Positions 9,051 through 18,678 are shown, counted from the first letter of the stretch. The stretch: DNA of 21,794 nucleotides from Candidatus Eiseniibacteriota bacterium (GCA_043819135.1 JBDRFG010000019.1:1-21794); one strand, 5' to 3'. Notes: a model not told the origin generated them from the letters alone. Numbers and translations: made by a program.

Positions 9051-11000
9051 TCAAGTGTGTCGTACGAGAACGGTTTTCAGTACGCTGTGTCTTGCTCCCG
9101 CTCGAAGCGTGGCGAAGTACACTCCTGCGGAAACGAGGTCGCCGCGGTTGTTCGTCCCGTCCCAGCAGACATTGCGCCGTCCGGCGACGGGGCTGTCTTC
9201 AAGCAGCGTCCTCACCAACTGCCCTTTCAGATTGTAGACAGAGAGCGTCACAAGATCTCCCGAACTTGGAACGATGAATTCCACGGCGGTCTCGAACCGA
9301 AACGGGTTGGGGCTTGCCGAGACGAGACTGGCTACCGGAGGCCCCCCTGTTGTGACTGCTGCCTTCGCTGCCGCCAGTTCACTCTCAGTGCCGTCCGCCC
9401 TTACCGCCTTCAGCACGTACCAGAACGTGCCTCCGGGCCATGCCGTGCTGTCCTCGTACTCTCCTGGCGAGGCTGGTATCAGGACGGCGTTGTTCACCGC
9501 CACAAAGGGACCGCCAGGCGACGTGGCGCGGCAGACACTGAGTTCCCGAGTGCCATCCGGGATCCTGACTTCCCACTCGAGGAGGATGGTCTCTGGACCC
9601 GTGGGTGTGGCGCGGAGACTGCTCGCGACACCAACGGACTTACTCGAGTACATCAGAGTAACGTAGTCGTCCGAGGCCTCGGGAGCCGAGCCGTAGCCAG
9701 TCACGTAGATGTTCCCGTGGGGGTCGATCGCGATGCACTGCGGCGCCCCGCTCCCTTGTGTGGCGCCTGACTGCTGCGTGCCCTCCTGCTGGTATGTGCC
9801 GACCCAGCGCTCGGCACCGCCGCGGTCGTGTAGCACCGTCGTGCATACATCTTCGCTCTCACCTGTTGTGCACACCGTGCTACCATCACTGCTCACGACG
9901 ATTCCGAGCCCGTTGCCATCCCTGTGCCTGGTGAGCCACCTCTGATTCCCCTCGAGGTCGTACTTGATCGTGGCGAATTGGTGGTAGATCCTGCCCGCCA
10001 CATACGCGCTCCCGCTGTCGTCCACGGCAACTGCGTAGGCGCGGTCGCTATGGTATGTCGAATAATTGTACTCCCTTGTCCAGAGGCGCTCACCGGAGGA
10101 CGAGTACTTGATCGTCAACCATGAGTCGTAGCCCTCAGAGTTGAGCGCCCAGTCCCCGATGTATCCGGTCGCGTAGACCGTGCCGTCAGGCCGCACGGTC
10201 ATGTCATATGCGATCGCGTTCTCGTAGAAGTACCACTGGTTGTACCCGAAGAGAGTGTCTTCCCAGAGCAATGTTCCCGACGGTCCGTACTTCGCGACGG
10301 TGAAGCCCATCTGGCAGTCCACCATCATGCAAAACGAGGTGTACCCAGCGACATAGACATTCGACGAATCGTCGACTCCGATGGCTAAGGCGCTATCTAC
10401 TCCCTCTTCCCCCAGATACCGGACCCACACTTCGTTTCCCTGATTGTCATACTTGATGGTCACCCAGTCGTATTCCCCGTCCTCCCAGCCCACGTAACTG
10501 CGCCCTGTCACGTAGACGTTCCCGCGTTGGTCGACGGCGATCGCCTCCGCGGAGTCTCCCATTGAGAGCAACCCGTCGAACTCGGCTACCCATTCCTCGT
10601 TGCCGTCGCGATCGTATTTGATCGTAACGATGTTACTCCAGCCGGAGGATCCTCTGGTGGTTCCAGTGACGAGGACTTTGCCGTCGTCGTCCAGCACGAT
10701 GTCCGCGCCCGCGTCGTTGCCGTTCCCGCTACCGTTGAACAACGCTACCCATTTCTCGCCGCCGCCGTCGCCGTACTTTATGGTGACGATGTCATCGGAC
10801 GTACCCTCACCGGCAGCGTGCCCGGTGACGTAGACGAAACCGCTTGGGTCCACAGTGACCGCGCGTGCCTGATCTTGAGCTCCCGCCGACCCGTCGTAGA
10901 TCGCAGCCCATTCCTCTGTCAACTGCGCGCGACCCAGCATCGCAGGTAGCCATAGGGCCAGGACAGCGCCGAGCAGTTGTGCCGCTCTGATGTCGACCAC
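9051..11000 (-). CDS. Secreted SBBP-repeat (beta-propeller) protein with FN3-like and FlgD-Ig tail
   Basis: About 7 repeats of A.AIAVD..GNVYVTG…TIKYD..G…W, then GPF…YED.TAWPG..FWY and SPNPF…WDGTNNRG..VSAGVYF. Confidence 0.88.
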   Translation of the reverse strand: MVDIRAAQLLGAVLALWLPAMLGRAQLTEEWAAIYDGSAGAQDQARAVTVDPSGFVYVTGHAAGEGTSDDIVTIKYGDGGGEKWVALFNGSGNGNDAGADIVLDDDGKVLVTGTTRGSSGWSNIVTIKYDRDGNEEWVAEFDGLLSMGDSAEAIAVDQRGNVYVTGRSYVGWEDGEYDWVTIKYDNQGNEVWVRYLGEEGVDSALAIGVDDSSNVYVAGYTSFCMMVDCQMGFTVAKYGPSGTLLWEDTLFGYNQWYFYENAIAYDMTVRPDGTVYATGYIGDWALNSEGYDSWLTIKYSSSGERLWTREYNYSTYHSDRAYAVAVDDSGSAYVAGRIYHQFATIKYDLEGNQRWLTRHRDGNGLGIVVSSDGSTVCTTGESEDVCTTVLHDRGGAERWVGTYQQEGTQQSGATQGSGAPQCIAIDPHGNIYVTGYGSAPEASDDYVTLMYSSKSVGVASSLRATPTGPETILLEWEVRIPDGTRELSVCRATSPGGPFVAVNNAVLIPASPGEYEDSTAWPGGTFWYVLKAVRADGTESELAAAKAAVTTGGPPVASLVSASPNPFRFETAVEFIVPSSGDLVTLSVYNLKGQLVRTLLEDSPVAGRRNVCWDGTNNRGDLVSAGVYFATLRAGARHSVLKTVLVRHT

Positions 11001-11344
11001 CTCCTCTCACGGAGCAGCCAGGGGCGCCGCCTTCAAATGCTTGCTGCCGGGACTGACGACCCCCACCACCCCCAGGTAGCTCTCATCCTGCAGAAGAACA
11101 GCACGGATAGGTGCAGGGAGACTAAAGAAGACACGAGGTGGCTGTGCTTGTCTACATCCTCGGCACGGAATCACCGCTGGACACAAAGGAATCGGGATGC
11201 AGGCTCCAGGCGAGACCGGATCGCTACGGTGCTTTCTCGTTGGTCGCCGAATATGGTGTTTGGGTCACGGCCTACACGAGATTGGCCGTCCGGCTGGAGA
11301 TGGTCACAGGCCTTGCGATGGTATCTGATGTCCTCCGGACAGGC

Positions 11345-11373
11345 TTGACATCCATTGGGAGCCACGCTAGCAT
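11345..11373 (+). promoter_or_regulatory. Near-consensus sigma70 promoter
   Basis: TTGACA (11345-11350), 17-nt spacer, TAGCAT (11368-11373). Confidence 0.75.
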
Positions 11374-11379
11374 TACAGT

Positions 11380-11620
11380 AGCAGCAGCAGTAGTTCAACC
11401 TTCCTGATCGGAGTTCTGCGAGTGTCTCACTCAGAATGGCAAGCGCTGTGACGCTAGGGGCTGCCAGCGGTCAACACCGCCGGCGGCTCGCTGAGCGTGC
11501 AGTGCGCTACGGGCTTGGGACCGATCCCGGTCTCAGTCCGGCCATTTGCCTCTGCGTAATAGCAGAGGCGGCCTGTTCTCGGTGGTTCCCAGCCATCGGG
11601 AATCAGAACGGAGGTGAGGC
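11380..11620 (+). ncRNA. Candidate structured non-coding RNA or 5' leader
   Basis: Consecutive hairpins lie between the promoter and the RBS of the 11621 gene: 11414-11436, 11437-11466, 11467-11480, 11510-11540, 11548-11569 and 11575-11609. Several have G-U pairs that work only on the + strand. I do not recognise the family. Confidence 0.45.
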
Positions 11621-12400
11621 ATGGAGCGGGACATCATCCGCCGCCATTTCGAGTCCATTGGTGCGAGGGTCCGCTTTCGCACGCTCGAGCGCGGTTCGCG
11701 CCCGGGGGGTGGGGCTTCGCGCAGGTCCTTCGCCATCGACATCGTGAAGGACAGGCGCGGCTCGATCTTTGACGTAGCTCAGGCGTCCTCGGCGCCTGAA
11801 CTCCTGGTTTTGCAGGCGCGCCCGAAGGAGCGCCACCTCTTGCTCTACAGCCGCGACGGGCGGCGCTTCCTGTGCGGCCACGACGAGAGGGACTGGTTCG
11901 TAGCCGCCGTCCCCAAGCGCGTGAGCACCGTGCGCGACGCCAGGGTCGCCCTCATGCCTGACGCTGTGTGGGAGAAGGCGCGCAAGCTGGCACCAGCCGC
12001 AACCCGCAAGAGGAAGAACCACGTCTTCAAGCGCCAGGGCGAGTGGTTCTTCGTTCCTGTCGAGCTTCAGTTCCCCGAGGAGCTGATTCACAGGAACGAG
12101 CCGCTCCAGCGCACCGCTTGGAGTAAGCCTCACGTGTGCGAAGAGCTCTACCGTGAGGGTGGTGAGCTCGTCTACATCGTGCGCGACAGTGTCTACACCG
12201 AGGAGCACTACAAGCGCAAGAGGGCCCAGGACAAGAGGTTTGCCCAGTTGCGCGCTGAGACGCGCACGAGGAATCCCGAGATCTACGTCCGTGGCAACGT
12301 CCGCCACGCAGATCACGCGACCATTCATCTGGAGGGCTGGCACCGCGTGTACATCAACGCGGAGCTGACGCTGCAGGGTTCGGTGGCGTACCTGGACTAG
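11621..12400 (+). CDS. Hypothetical basic cytoplasmic protein (259 aa) with His-containing motifs
   Basis: RBS GGAGGTGAGG and GC3-rich codons. Motifs FLCGHDERDWF, KRQGEWFFVP, KPH and VRHADH…GWHRV. A strong hairpin follows the gene. Confidence 0.85.
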   Translation: MERDIIRRHFESIGARVRFRTLERGSRPGGGASRRSFAIDIVKDRRGSIFDVAQASSAPELLVLQARPKERHLLLYSRDGRRFLCGHDERDWFVAAVPKRVSTVRDARVALMPDAVWEKARKLAPAATRKRKNHVFKRQGEWFFVPVELQFPEELIHRNEPLQRTAWSKPHVCEELYREGGELVYIVRDSVYTEEHYKRKRAQDKRFAQLRAETRTRNPEIYVRGNVRHADHATIHLEGWHRVYINAELTLQGSVAYLD

Positions 12401-12422
12401 CGGGCAGGCTCCCTGAGAACGT

Positions 12423-12453
12423 GGACCCGGGGCGAAGGTTGTGCCCCGGGTCC
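12423..12453. terminator. Hairpin between convergent genes (possible bidirectional terminator)
   Basis: Perfect 11-bp stem GGACCCGGGGC/GCCCCGGGTCC with a 9-nt loop. U-tracts are weak. Confidence 0.6.
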
Positions 12454-12487
12454 TTCGCGTCTCCGATGCGCGAGTGGCGAGGGCAGC

Positions 12488-13215
12488 CTACGGCCGCCCC
12501 CCAACCATCGCCGGCTCGCCCGCACTGCTCGCCGTGAACTCCATCTCCTCCACCAGAATGTCCGGCGTTACGATGGCCAGGCGGTAGTACATGCCCGGGC
12601 CGACCGCCTGCCCCATGTTCGTGAGCGCGGGCTCCTTGCCCAGCGCGTAGATGTCCCGCAACGTCCGGATGCTCAGCTCGTCGAACGCGAGACCGCGCAC
12701 TGGCTCCATCCGACCGTCATCCGCGTAGACCTTGTAGGCGACGACCGGACCGGTCAGCAGCGCCGCCCCCGGCTCGTCGAAGCTCTCGGTCCACTGGTAC
12801 TGGCGCGAGATGTCCGGCACGTCCAACCGCGTGATCAGGAGCCCGAACTCGCTGTCGAAGTCCCTAGCCAGGTTCCGCAGCTCCTTCACAAGGTCCTTCT
12901 TCGTCTTCTTCGACTCAACGAACAGGTTCGACGCCGCGGGCACGGTCCACTGGTTCGGGAACGTGATGGCGTGGCCGTTGGATTCCGTCAGCTTCTTCGT
13001 AGGTCCGCGACTGGTCGGTAGCCCCACCAGCCGGCCTTCCTCCACGAGCGTCACGTCCTCGGTCGGCACGCCCTCGTCATCGACGAGCTTGTAGCCGGCG
13101 AGCAACTGATCCTCCCAGCTCTCTCGCGTGGGCTCGTCCCGCACCGTCATGAACTCCGGCATCACGCGGCGGTTGAGCTTGCCGGCGAGCTTCGCGGCGG
13201 GCATGTACTGCTGCA
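12488..13215 (-). pseudogene. TldD/PmbA-family 3' fragment (copy 2, open frame, 5'-truncated)
   Basis: By manual comparison over 238 aa it has ~27 differences from copy 1 and ~16 from copy 3. Homology ends at ~13215, about 30 bp short of where copy 1's homology ends. Confidence 0.8.
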
Positions 13216-13649
13216 GTGCACACCAGTTCTACTTGAGGAAGTCTCGAACTTGGCGGCACAGCTCGCCTAGGTACTGGCTACTGCCCGGCGTGCCCCAGCG
13301 ATCCCATGGGGTCCCTCGGAATCCCGACCGCGCGCAGCATGGTGGGAGCTGGGATTGGATTCCGCGCGCGCAGCAGGCCAGGGCCGCAACCTACTCAAGG
13401 GCCACCGCTGAGCACGTGGATTACCGCGACCTCCGCACGTTACCCCCATGCTCTTGTGATCGGCTCCGGCGATTCTCCTGACTGCTGGTTATAGTCTGGA
13501 TCCGCTGCGCACGGAGGCTAGGCGAGAGTGGTCCTCGATGGGAGCCTCGTGTATACTCACATCAACCAAGCTGATTCTGACTCACGACACCATCGCATTT
13601 CTATGTTCCTATCCGAAATGCGAGTAGACCGAGGCGGGTAGGACCTGAA

Positions 13650-16094
13650 TTGACGTGCTATCGAGGCGGTGGCAGTGTTGGGGACGATCGGCTCGCAGGA
13701 CTCACCCCGAGGACTGCGCGCGGACCAGAGCGCTCGCAGGTATCGCTCCTTGCGCTCGGTTTCGCTTGCGTCCTTCTGCTAGCGGCCTGCGAGAGAGGGC
13801 CGCTACGACTGAATCCATCTCCTGATAGGTACAGGTATGTCCTCTCAAACGCGATCCAGGTCATCGATCGCCCGGAGTTCATGGCGGCTGTGGACCTTGA
13901 CGGTGACGGCATCGACGAGGAAGTCAAGTACGCTGCCTCCTCGAGTGGCACTTCGTTTCTTTCTATCGCACGTGTGGGTGAGGACCGTCACTACTCCCTC
14001 TGGACAAAGAACTTCTTCCATTCCGCCGGGCTGGCTGGCCTCGTGGATGTGAAAGGCGACTCGGTTCCAGAGCTAGTCTGGTGGGAGCAGCTCGACGCGG
14101 GTTGCTTTCGCATCTATCTGTCGCAGATCGCGATCGACAGCGCTGCTGCACGGGACTCCACTCTCGCAGAGTTTGATTGGAGTCTTGAGGGTAAGCTCCT
14201 ACCCGACGGCCGCTGGGGCGGCACCGTCCTGCTCTGTGGCGCGCTTGATTCCGACAACGATGGCGTGAACGATCTCGTGGCTCTGGGATTCAACACTGGA
14301 ATAATGGAGGAGCCGCGAACAGTGTGCTTCTGGGATCTGGGAACCGGCGAGATGGTTCAGAGCGTACCTACTGGGGCAACTCCCACAGGTGGATCGGCGA
14401 TTGCTGACATCAACGATGACGGATCCGACGAGCTGGTCCTGGGGCTTGAGGCGCCGGGCAACGGTGTCTCAGCCGGGGACTGGGACGACAGTCACTCCTA
14501 TGTCGTGGCGTTCGAGTCCGACGGCTCGGTTCTGTGGTGGCGCGAGCTGGGAGTCTACTCGAGCAATGTCGAGCTTGTCGTGGATGACTTGGACGGCGAC
14601 GGAACGTCCGAAGTCGTAACGATCGTAGGAGGGCATTCGGAACAGGACATCGACACGTTCGGGTTGTCCATATGGCGGGGACATGACGGTGCGCAACTGG
14701 CAGAAGCGCGCTTCGGGTGCTCTGTGAACGCGGTCGAGACGCTTTCCTCTGAAGTGGGCACACGGGTCTTCACGGGGTCATCTGACGGGTTTGTCAGACG
14801 CCTCTGCTGGGACGGGGACAAGCTCTCCATCGAGGCGGAACTCGATTGCCTAGACGCGGTCGAGTGTGTTCGCGCGATTCGGCTTGAGCCGGCGCCGACG
14901 CCTCCGCGGCTTGTGGTAGGTACTGTCAAAGGCGGCCTCGCCGTCCTGGATGAGAACTTGGTGCCTCGCGCGTTCGGCGACGTCGGGGAAATCGTCAGCC
15001 ACTTGCGACCAACCATGGTTACCGTTGACGGGCGGGTGACGCACGGGGTGCTCGTGCTCGCGCAGAGCAGGGTCTTCAGACTTCATCTCACGAGACGGCC
15101 GCTTCCCGCGTGGATGAAATCTGGCCTGCCGGCGGTGATGGTCCTCCTAGCGCTCGGTCTCTTCCCGCTGACACGACGAACTGCGGTCGCGTGGCTCAGG
15201 AGGTGGCTCCTGCCAGGCAGGACGCGTGGAGTCGTGCTTGACAGTCTACTTGATTCGCTTACCGTGGTAGGCCATGGGAAGCTGGCTGCGACATCGACAT
15301 TGAGAAGACTGCGTGAGCAGTTGCGGATGCTGCAGTATCACGAAGGGCCTCCGCCGGAGGCGTTCCGGCAGCGCTTCAAGCAAGCCGTGGGCGATGTCGG
15401 TGACATTTGCCTGCCCGGGATCCGCGAGATCGTCGAGGAGGCTGAGCGGCTTGGCCTCGTTGTCGCACAGACTGCTACGTTGAGAACGAGCCTCGAGAAG
15501 CTCACGAGGATACTGGAGGAGCGACTTGGGGCGGGTCTCTCCCGAGTCGACGCTGCAGCGCTGGGTGCGCGCTTGGACAGCCTTCTGCCGAACACAGAGG
15601 AGTCGCTCCTAGCCATTCGGCGGGCCGCCGAGTCCGAGAGATCGTCAGATCTTGGTGCAGAACTCAATCGGGCACTCAACTCCAGCGCTGCGGAGTCAAG
15701 GCGCCTGGATGCCGAGGTGGTCGTCAAAGGATGCGAGCAGCTTGCTGGAATCCGTGTGCTGGGGACAGCGAGCGAGCTGTCTTTTGTTCTCGAGAATCTG
15801 CTGGCGAACGCCCTGGGTGCAGTACGGGACCAAAGAGTCCGAGGCGTCAGCCTGTCAGTCACGGTGGACTCTGCCTACGTTGTTGTCAGAGTTGCCGATA
15901 CCGGGAAGGGCATAGCTGTTGAGGACCACACGCGGGTCTTCATGACCGGCTTCAGCGATAAGACGTCGGGAGGGCACGGGCTACCGCTGAGTCGGGAGAT
16001 CCTATCTCGGCGTGGAGGCTCCATTGACCTCATCGAGTCCTCGCCGGGGAACGGAGCTGTTCTTGAGGTGCGATTCGCCATCTGCAGGAGTTAG
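13650..16094 (+). CDS. Membrane sensor histidine kinase with FG-GAP-like repeats (start uncertain)
   Basis: Hydrophobic N-terminus ending LLLAAC and DLDGDG repeats. TM segment LPAVMVLLALGLFPL and HATPase boxes NLLANA, DTGKGI and GGHGL. Homologous to the kinase at 2408-4819. Confidence 0.9.
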   Translation: MTCYRGGGSVGDDRLAGLTPRTARGPERSQVSLLALGFACVLLLAACERGPLRLNPSPDRYRYVLSNAIQVIDRPEFMAAVDLDGDGIDEEVKYAASSSGTSFLSIARVGEDRHYSLWTKNFFHSAGLAGLVDVKGDSVPELVWWEQLDAGCFRIYLSQIAIDSAAARDSTLAEFDWSLEGKLLPDGRWGGTVLLCGALDSDNDGVNDLVALGFNTGIMEEPRTVCFWDLGTGEMVQSVPTGATPTGGSAIADINDDGSDELVLGLEAPGNGVSAGDWDDSHSYVVAFESDGSVLWWRELGVYSSNVELVVDDLDGDGTSEVVTIVGGHSEQDIDTFGLSIWRGHDGAQLAEARFGCSVNAVETLSSEVGTRVFTGSSDGFVRRLCWDGDKLSIEAELDCLDAVECVRAIRLEPAPTPPRLVVGTVKGGLAVLDENLVPRAFGDVGEIVSHLRPTMVTVDGRVTHGVLVLAQSRVFRLHLTRRPLPAWMKSGLPAVMVLLALGLFPLTRRTAVAWLRRWLLPGRTRGVVLDSLLDSLTVVGHGKLAATSTLRRLREQLRMLQYHEGPPPEAFRQRFKQAVGDVGDICLPGIREIVEEAERLGLVVAQTATLRTSLEKLTRILEERLGAGLSRVDAAALGARLDSLLPNTEESLLAIRRAAESERSSDLGAELNRALNSSAAESRRLDAEVVVKGCEQLAGIRVLGTASELSFVLENLLANALGAVRDQRVRGVSLSVTVDSAYVVVRVADTGKGIAVEDHTRVFMTGFSDKTSGGHGLPLSREILSRRGGSIDLIESSPGNGAVLEVRFAICRS

Positions 16095-16096
16095 CC

Positions 16097-17479
16097 ATGG
16101 CTGACAAGAGACCTAGAGTGCTCATCGTCGACGACGAGATCGGATACGCGGAGGACGTCGCGGCGCTCGTATCAGAGGAACTCAGATGCGACGTTGTAGG
16201 AGACCCAGTGTCAGCCATGCGCAGTATCCAGCGCTTCTCGTACGACCTCGCCTTCCTTGATGTAGATCTTCAACACGAAACCGACGGGATCGTCCTACTC
16301 AGGCAGATCAAAGAACAGGATGCGTCGCTCCCCATCGTGATGCTCACCAAGACCGCCGATCTATCCACGATCATTGAGAGCGTCAAGAGCGGCGCGTTCT
16401 ACTACGTTGTGAAGGGCACTGACCCTTCCGTTCACAACCTCGTTCACGTGGCCAGCCTGGCCATCGAGGACGCGCGGCTGAAGAGCGCCGTCGCCTGGAT
16501 CGAAGAGGAAGAGCAGGGAGCAAGCGACGGAATAGTGGGGGATAGTCCGGCCACGATGAGGCTCAAGGACGAGATCTCGAAGGTCGCAGAGCTGGAGTGC
16601 TCCGTGCTGATCACGGGTGAGTCCGGAACTGGGAAGGAGCTTGTTGCGCGCGCCCTGCACGCCGCCGGCGGGAGGGCATCGCGTGGGCGGTTCGTCGCGG
16701 TCAACTGTGCAGCCTTTCCCGACCAACTGATCGAAAGCGAACTCTTCGGTCATGAGAAGGGCGCGTTCACGGGCGCTGACAGGCGACGTATCGGAAAGTT
16801 CGAGCACGCCGCGCGCGGGAGCATCCTCCTGGACGAAGTCGGGGACATGCCTTCCGGAGGCCAGGCGAAGCTCCTGCGAGTACTACAGGAGAAGTGCTTC
16901 GAACGAGTGGGGGGCAACCAAACCGTCGAAACCGACGCGCGGATCATCTCTTCGACGAACCGTGATCTTGCTGAGCGCATCAAGTCGGGAGGTTTCCGTG
17001 AGGACCTGTACTACAGGCTTGCCGAATACGTCATCTGCGTTCCCCCGCTTCGGGAGCGTCCGGAGGACATCGCCGCCATCGCGAGACACTTGGTCGCCGA
17101 ACTGGCAAAGCACATCGGGCGCAGCGAGATGGGGATATCGCAGGCGGCTCTGGATGCGCTACGCGGGCGGGATTGGCGAAGGAACAACGTCCGTGAACTC
17201 AGGAACGTACTGCTCGCTGCCATGATTCGGTGTGACGAAGATACCGTTCAACCTGGGCACCTCTCATATGACAGATACGAGCTCACCGACAGTCCCCCCA
17301 TGTACGAAGAGGCGAAGCAGGAGGCGGTCAGCCAGTTCAAGCACCGCTACCTGACTTACCTGCTCAGGCTTGCCAGGGGGAGCATCTCTGCCGCGGCCAA
17401 GATGGCGGGGATCCAGCGGTCCGCGTTTCACCGTCACCTAGTGGAGATCGGCGTGGACGCGAAGGTGTTCAAGGAGTAG
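16097..17479 (+). CDS. Sigma54-dependent response regulator (NtrC/AtoC family)
   Basis: Receiver (IVDD…FLD), GESGTGKE, VNCAA, ESELFGHEKGAFTGA, LLDEVG, FREDLYYRL and a C-terminal Fis-type HTH. Confidence 0.95.
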   Translation: MADKRPRVLIVDDEIGYAEDVAALVSEELRCDVVGDPVSAMRSIQRFSYDLAFLDVDLQHETDGIVLLRQIKEQDASLPIVMLTKTADLSTIIESVKSGAFYYVVKGTDPSVHNLVHVASLAIEDARLKSAVAWIEEEEQGASDGIVGDSPATMRLKDEISKVAELECSVLITGESGTGKELVARALHAAGGRASRGRFVAVNCAAFPDQLIESELFGHEKGAFTGADRRRIGKFEHAARGSILLDEVGDMPSGGQAKLLRVLQEKCFERVGGNQTVETDARIISSTNRDLAERIKSGGFREDLYYRLAEYVICVPPLRERPEDIAAIARHLVAELAKHIGRSEMGISQAALDALRGRDWRRNNVRELRNVLLAAMIRCDEDTVQPGHLSYDRYELTDSPPMYEEAKQEAVSQFKHRYLTYLLRLARGSISAAAKMAGIQRSAFHRHLVEIGVDAKVFKE

Positions 17480-17519
17480 CTCCCGCTTCGCTGCGTGAGG
17501 GACGGATTCCGCAGAGAAC

Positions 17520-17615
17520 TGTCACATCCGCGTCGAATCGTCACATTCCTGTCACTCCCACAACCTCCCAGTTCTGCGCGCGCTACGTGCGGATACGCGC
17601 TGCCATGTCACATCC
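17520..17615 (+). repeat. Short direct repeats (TGTCACATCC x2 plus two partial copies), candidate activator sites
   Basis: TGTCACATCC at 17520 and 17606, CGTCACAT at 17539 and TGTCACT at 17550. Confidence 0.45.
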
Positions 17616-17812
17616 CCTATGCGTATGGCTGCCCGGGCGCCGCCATGATCCTTCCGAACAGCCACGAGAAGTCGGCGCTAACACCTCTGCCGTGTTGCAG
17701 ATACGGATTCCCGGTCCCCAGTAGCATGTTCCGGAACAGAAGTTGCGTTTCCCGCGTTCGCACGTGGAGGGCCGACTAGCCTGTGCGGTTGCCCTCTCTG
17801 CCAATGTGAGTT

Positions 17813-17828
17813 GGGCACGGCGCATGCC
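17813..17828 (+). promoter_or_regulatory. Putative sigma54 -24/-12 promoter
   Basis: gGGCACGgcgcATGCc has GG (17814-15)-N10-GC (17826-27). It lies downstream of a GAFTGA-containing activator gene and ~120 bp upstream of the 17947 start. Confidence 0.6.
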
Positions 17829-17946
17829 GGCGCGGGTGCAGCTGATGCGCGGTTCGTTAGGTGGCTGTGGGAAGCAGTTTGGGCTTCATTTGCGAAAGGA
17901 GGTCGCGAACCTGATGCAGTCGCTTCCGTAAGAATGGGAGGGCAAC

Positions 17947-18678
17947 GTGACTAGTCTCGCATATCGTGTTTCCGCACGTCCTTTGGTACTCGCTACATGC
18001 CTCGCCCTCATGCTCGCAGTGGGCGTCGGCCACGCGGTGGTTGTGTTCGAGGAGCACTTCGACGATCCCAGCTTTGCACAGTGGGTCATCCATGGCGACG
18101 GTGTCCTCAACCCCGGCGGCGTTGCCGAGATCGTCTGCACATACTGGTGGTACGATGGGTTGGAGACCGTGGAGCGCTTCAACCGCGCCGCGGCTCGTGA
18201 CGCGATGGTCGTCGAAGGTTGGTTCAAGATGGACGCGGCCAACCCGCGCTGCGCGAGCATCGTGTGGCTCCAGGATGGCTGGGGCCACCCCTACAACTGC
18301 TACGCGGTTGAGTTTGCGAAGGACCAGGATGCACCCGGTGACAATCGTGTGTTCTTCGCGTATGACCTGGACGATCAGGTCGTGACCTACGAGGCGATCG
18401 GTGTCTTCCAGCCCGGCGAGTGGATCGGCTGGAGGTTCTGCCTCATGGCTCCCGGATGCGAAGTCTGGTTGAACTACGGCAGCGGCTGGATCCGCGAGTT
18501 CACTGAGACGGCCGGGACGTTCGCTCCTGTCGCAATCAACCTCCACGGTAGCGGTGACACTTCCGGTGGGGGAGGGCCGAACACCTCCTACTGGGACAAC
18601 ATCCTCGTGCATACCGAGATCTCGTGCCCGGTGTTGGAGAGCAGTTGGTCCTCGATCAAGGCGCTGTACAGACAGTGA
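17947..18678 (+). CDS. Secreted hypothetical beta-rich protein with C-terminal SWSSIKALYRQ tail
   Basis: RBS GGGAGGG, GTG start and signal peptide. VFEEHFDD…W…YWDNILV suggests a jelly-roll-like fold (inference). The tail matches that of 5453-6238. Confidence 0.8.
   Translation: MTSLAYRVSARPLVLATCLALMLAVGVGHAVVVFEEHFDDPSFAQWVIHGDGVLNPGGVAEIVCTYWWYDGLETVERFNRAAARDAMVVEGWFKMDAANPRCASIVWLQDGWGHPYNCYAVEFAKDQDAPGDNRVFFAYDLDDQVVTYEAIGVFQPGEWIGWRFCLMAPGCEVWLNYGSGWIREFTETAGTFAPVAINLHGSGDTSGGGGPNTSYWDNILVHTEISCPVLESSWSSIKALYRQ

Noticed and set aside
9690..10900. Repeats in the SBBP gene as a CRISPR array or DNA repeat array
   Set aside because: The repetition is at the protein level and degenerate in DNA, with no repeat-spacer structure.
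11138..11407. 89-aa ORF and the antisense 75-aa ORF
   Set aside because: No recognisable motifs, and they overlap the strong promoter. I cannot support them as genes.
13216..13649. Conserved att core, terminal inverted repeats or recombinase remnant at cassette edges (also checked 876-1046 and downstream of each TldD stop)
   Set aside because: By eye, the flanks of the three copies share no sequence beyond the coding homology.
17896..17931. AAGGAGG followed by mini-ORF MQSLP*
   Set aside because: RBS spacing is long (11 nt) and there is no other support for a leader peptide.
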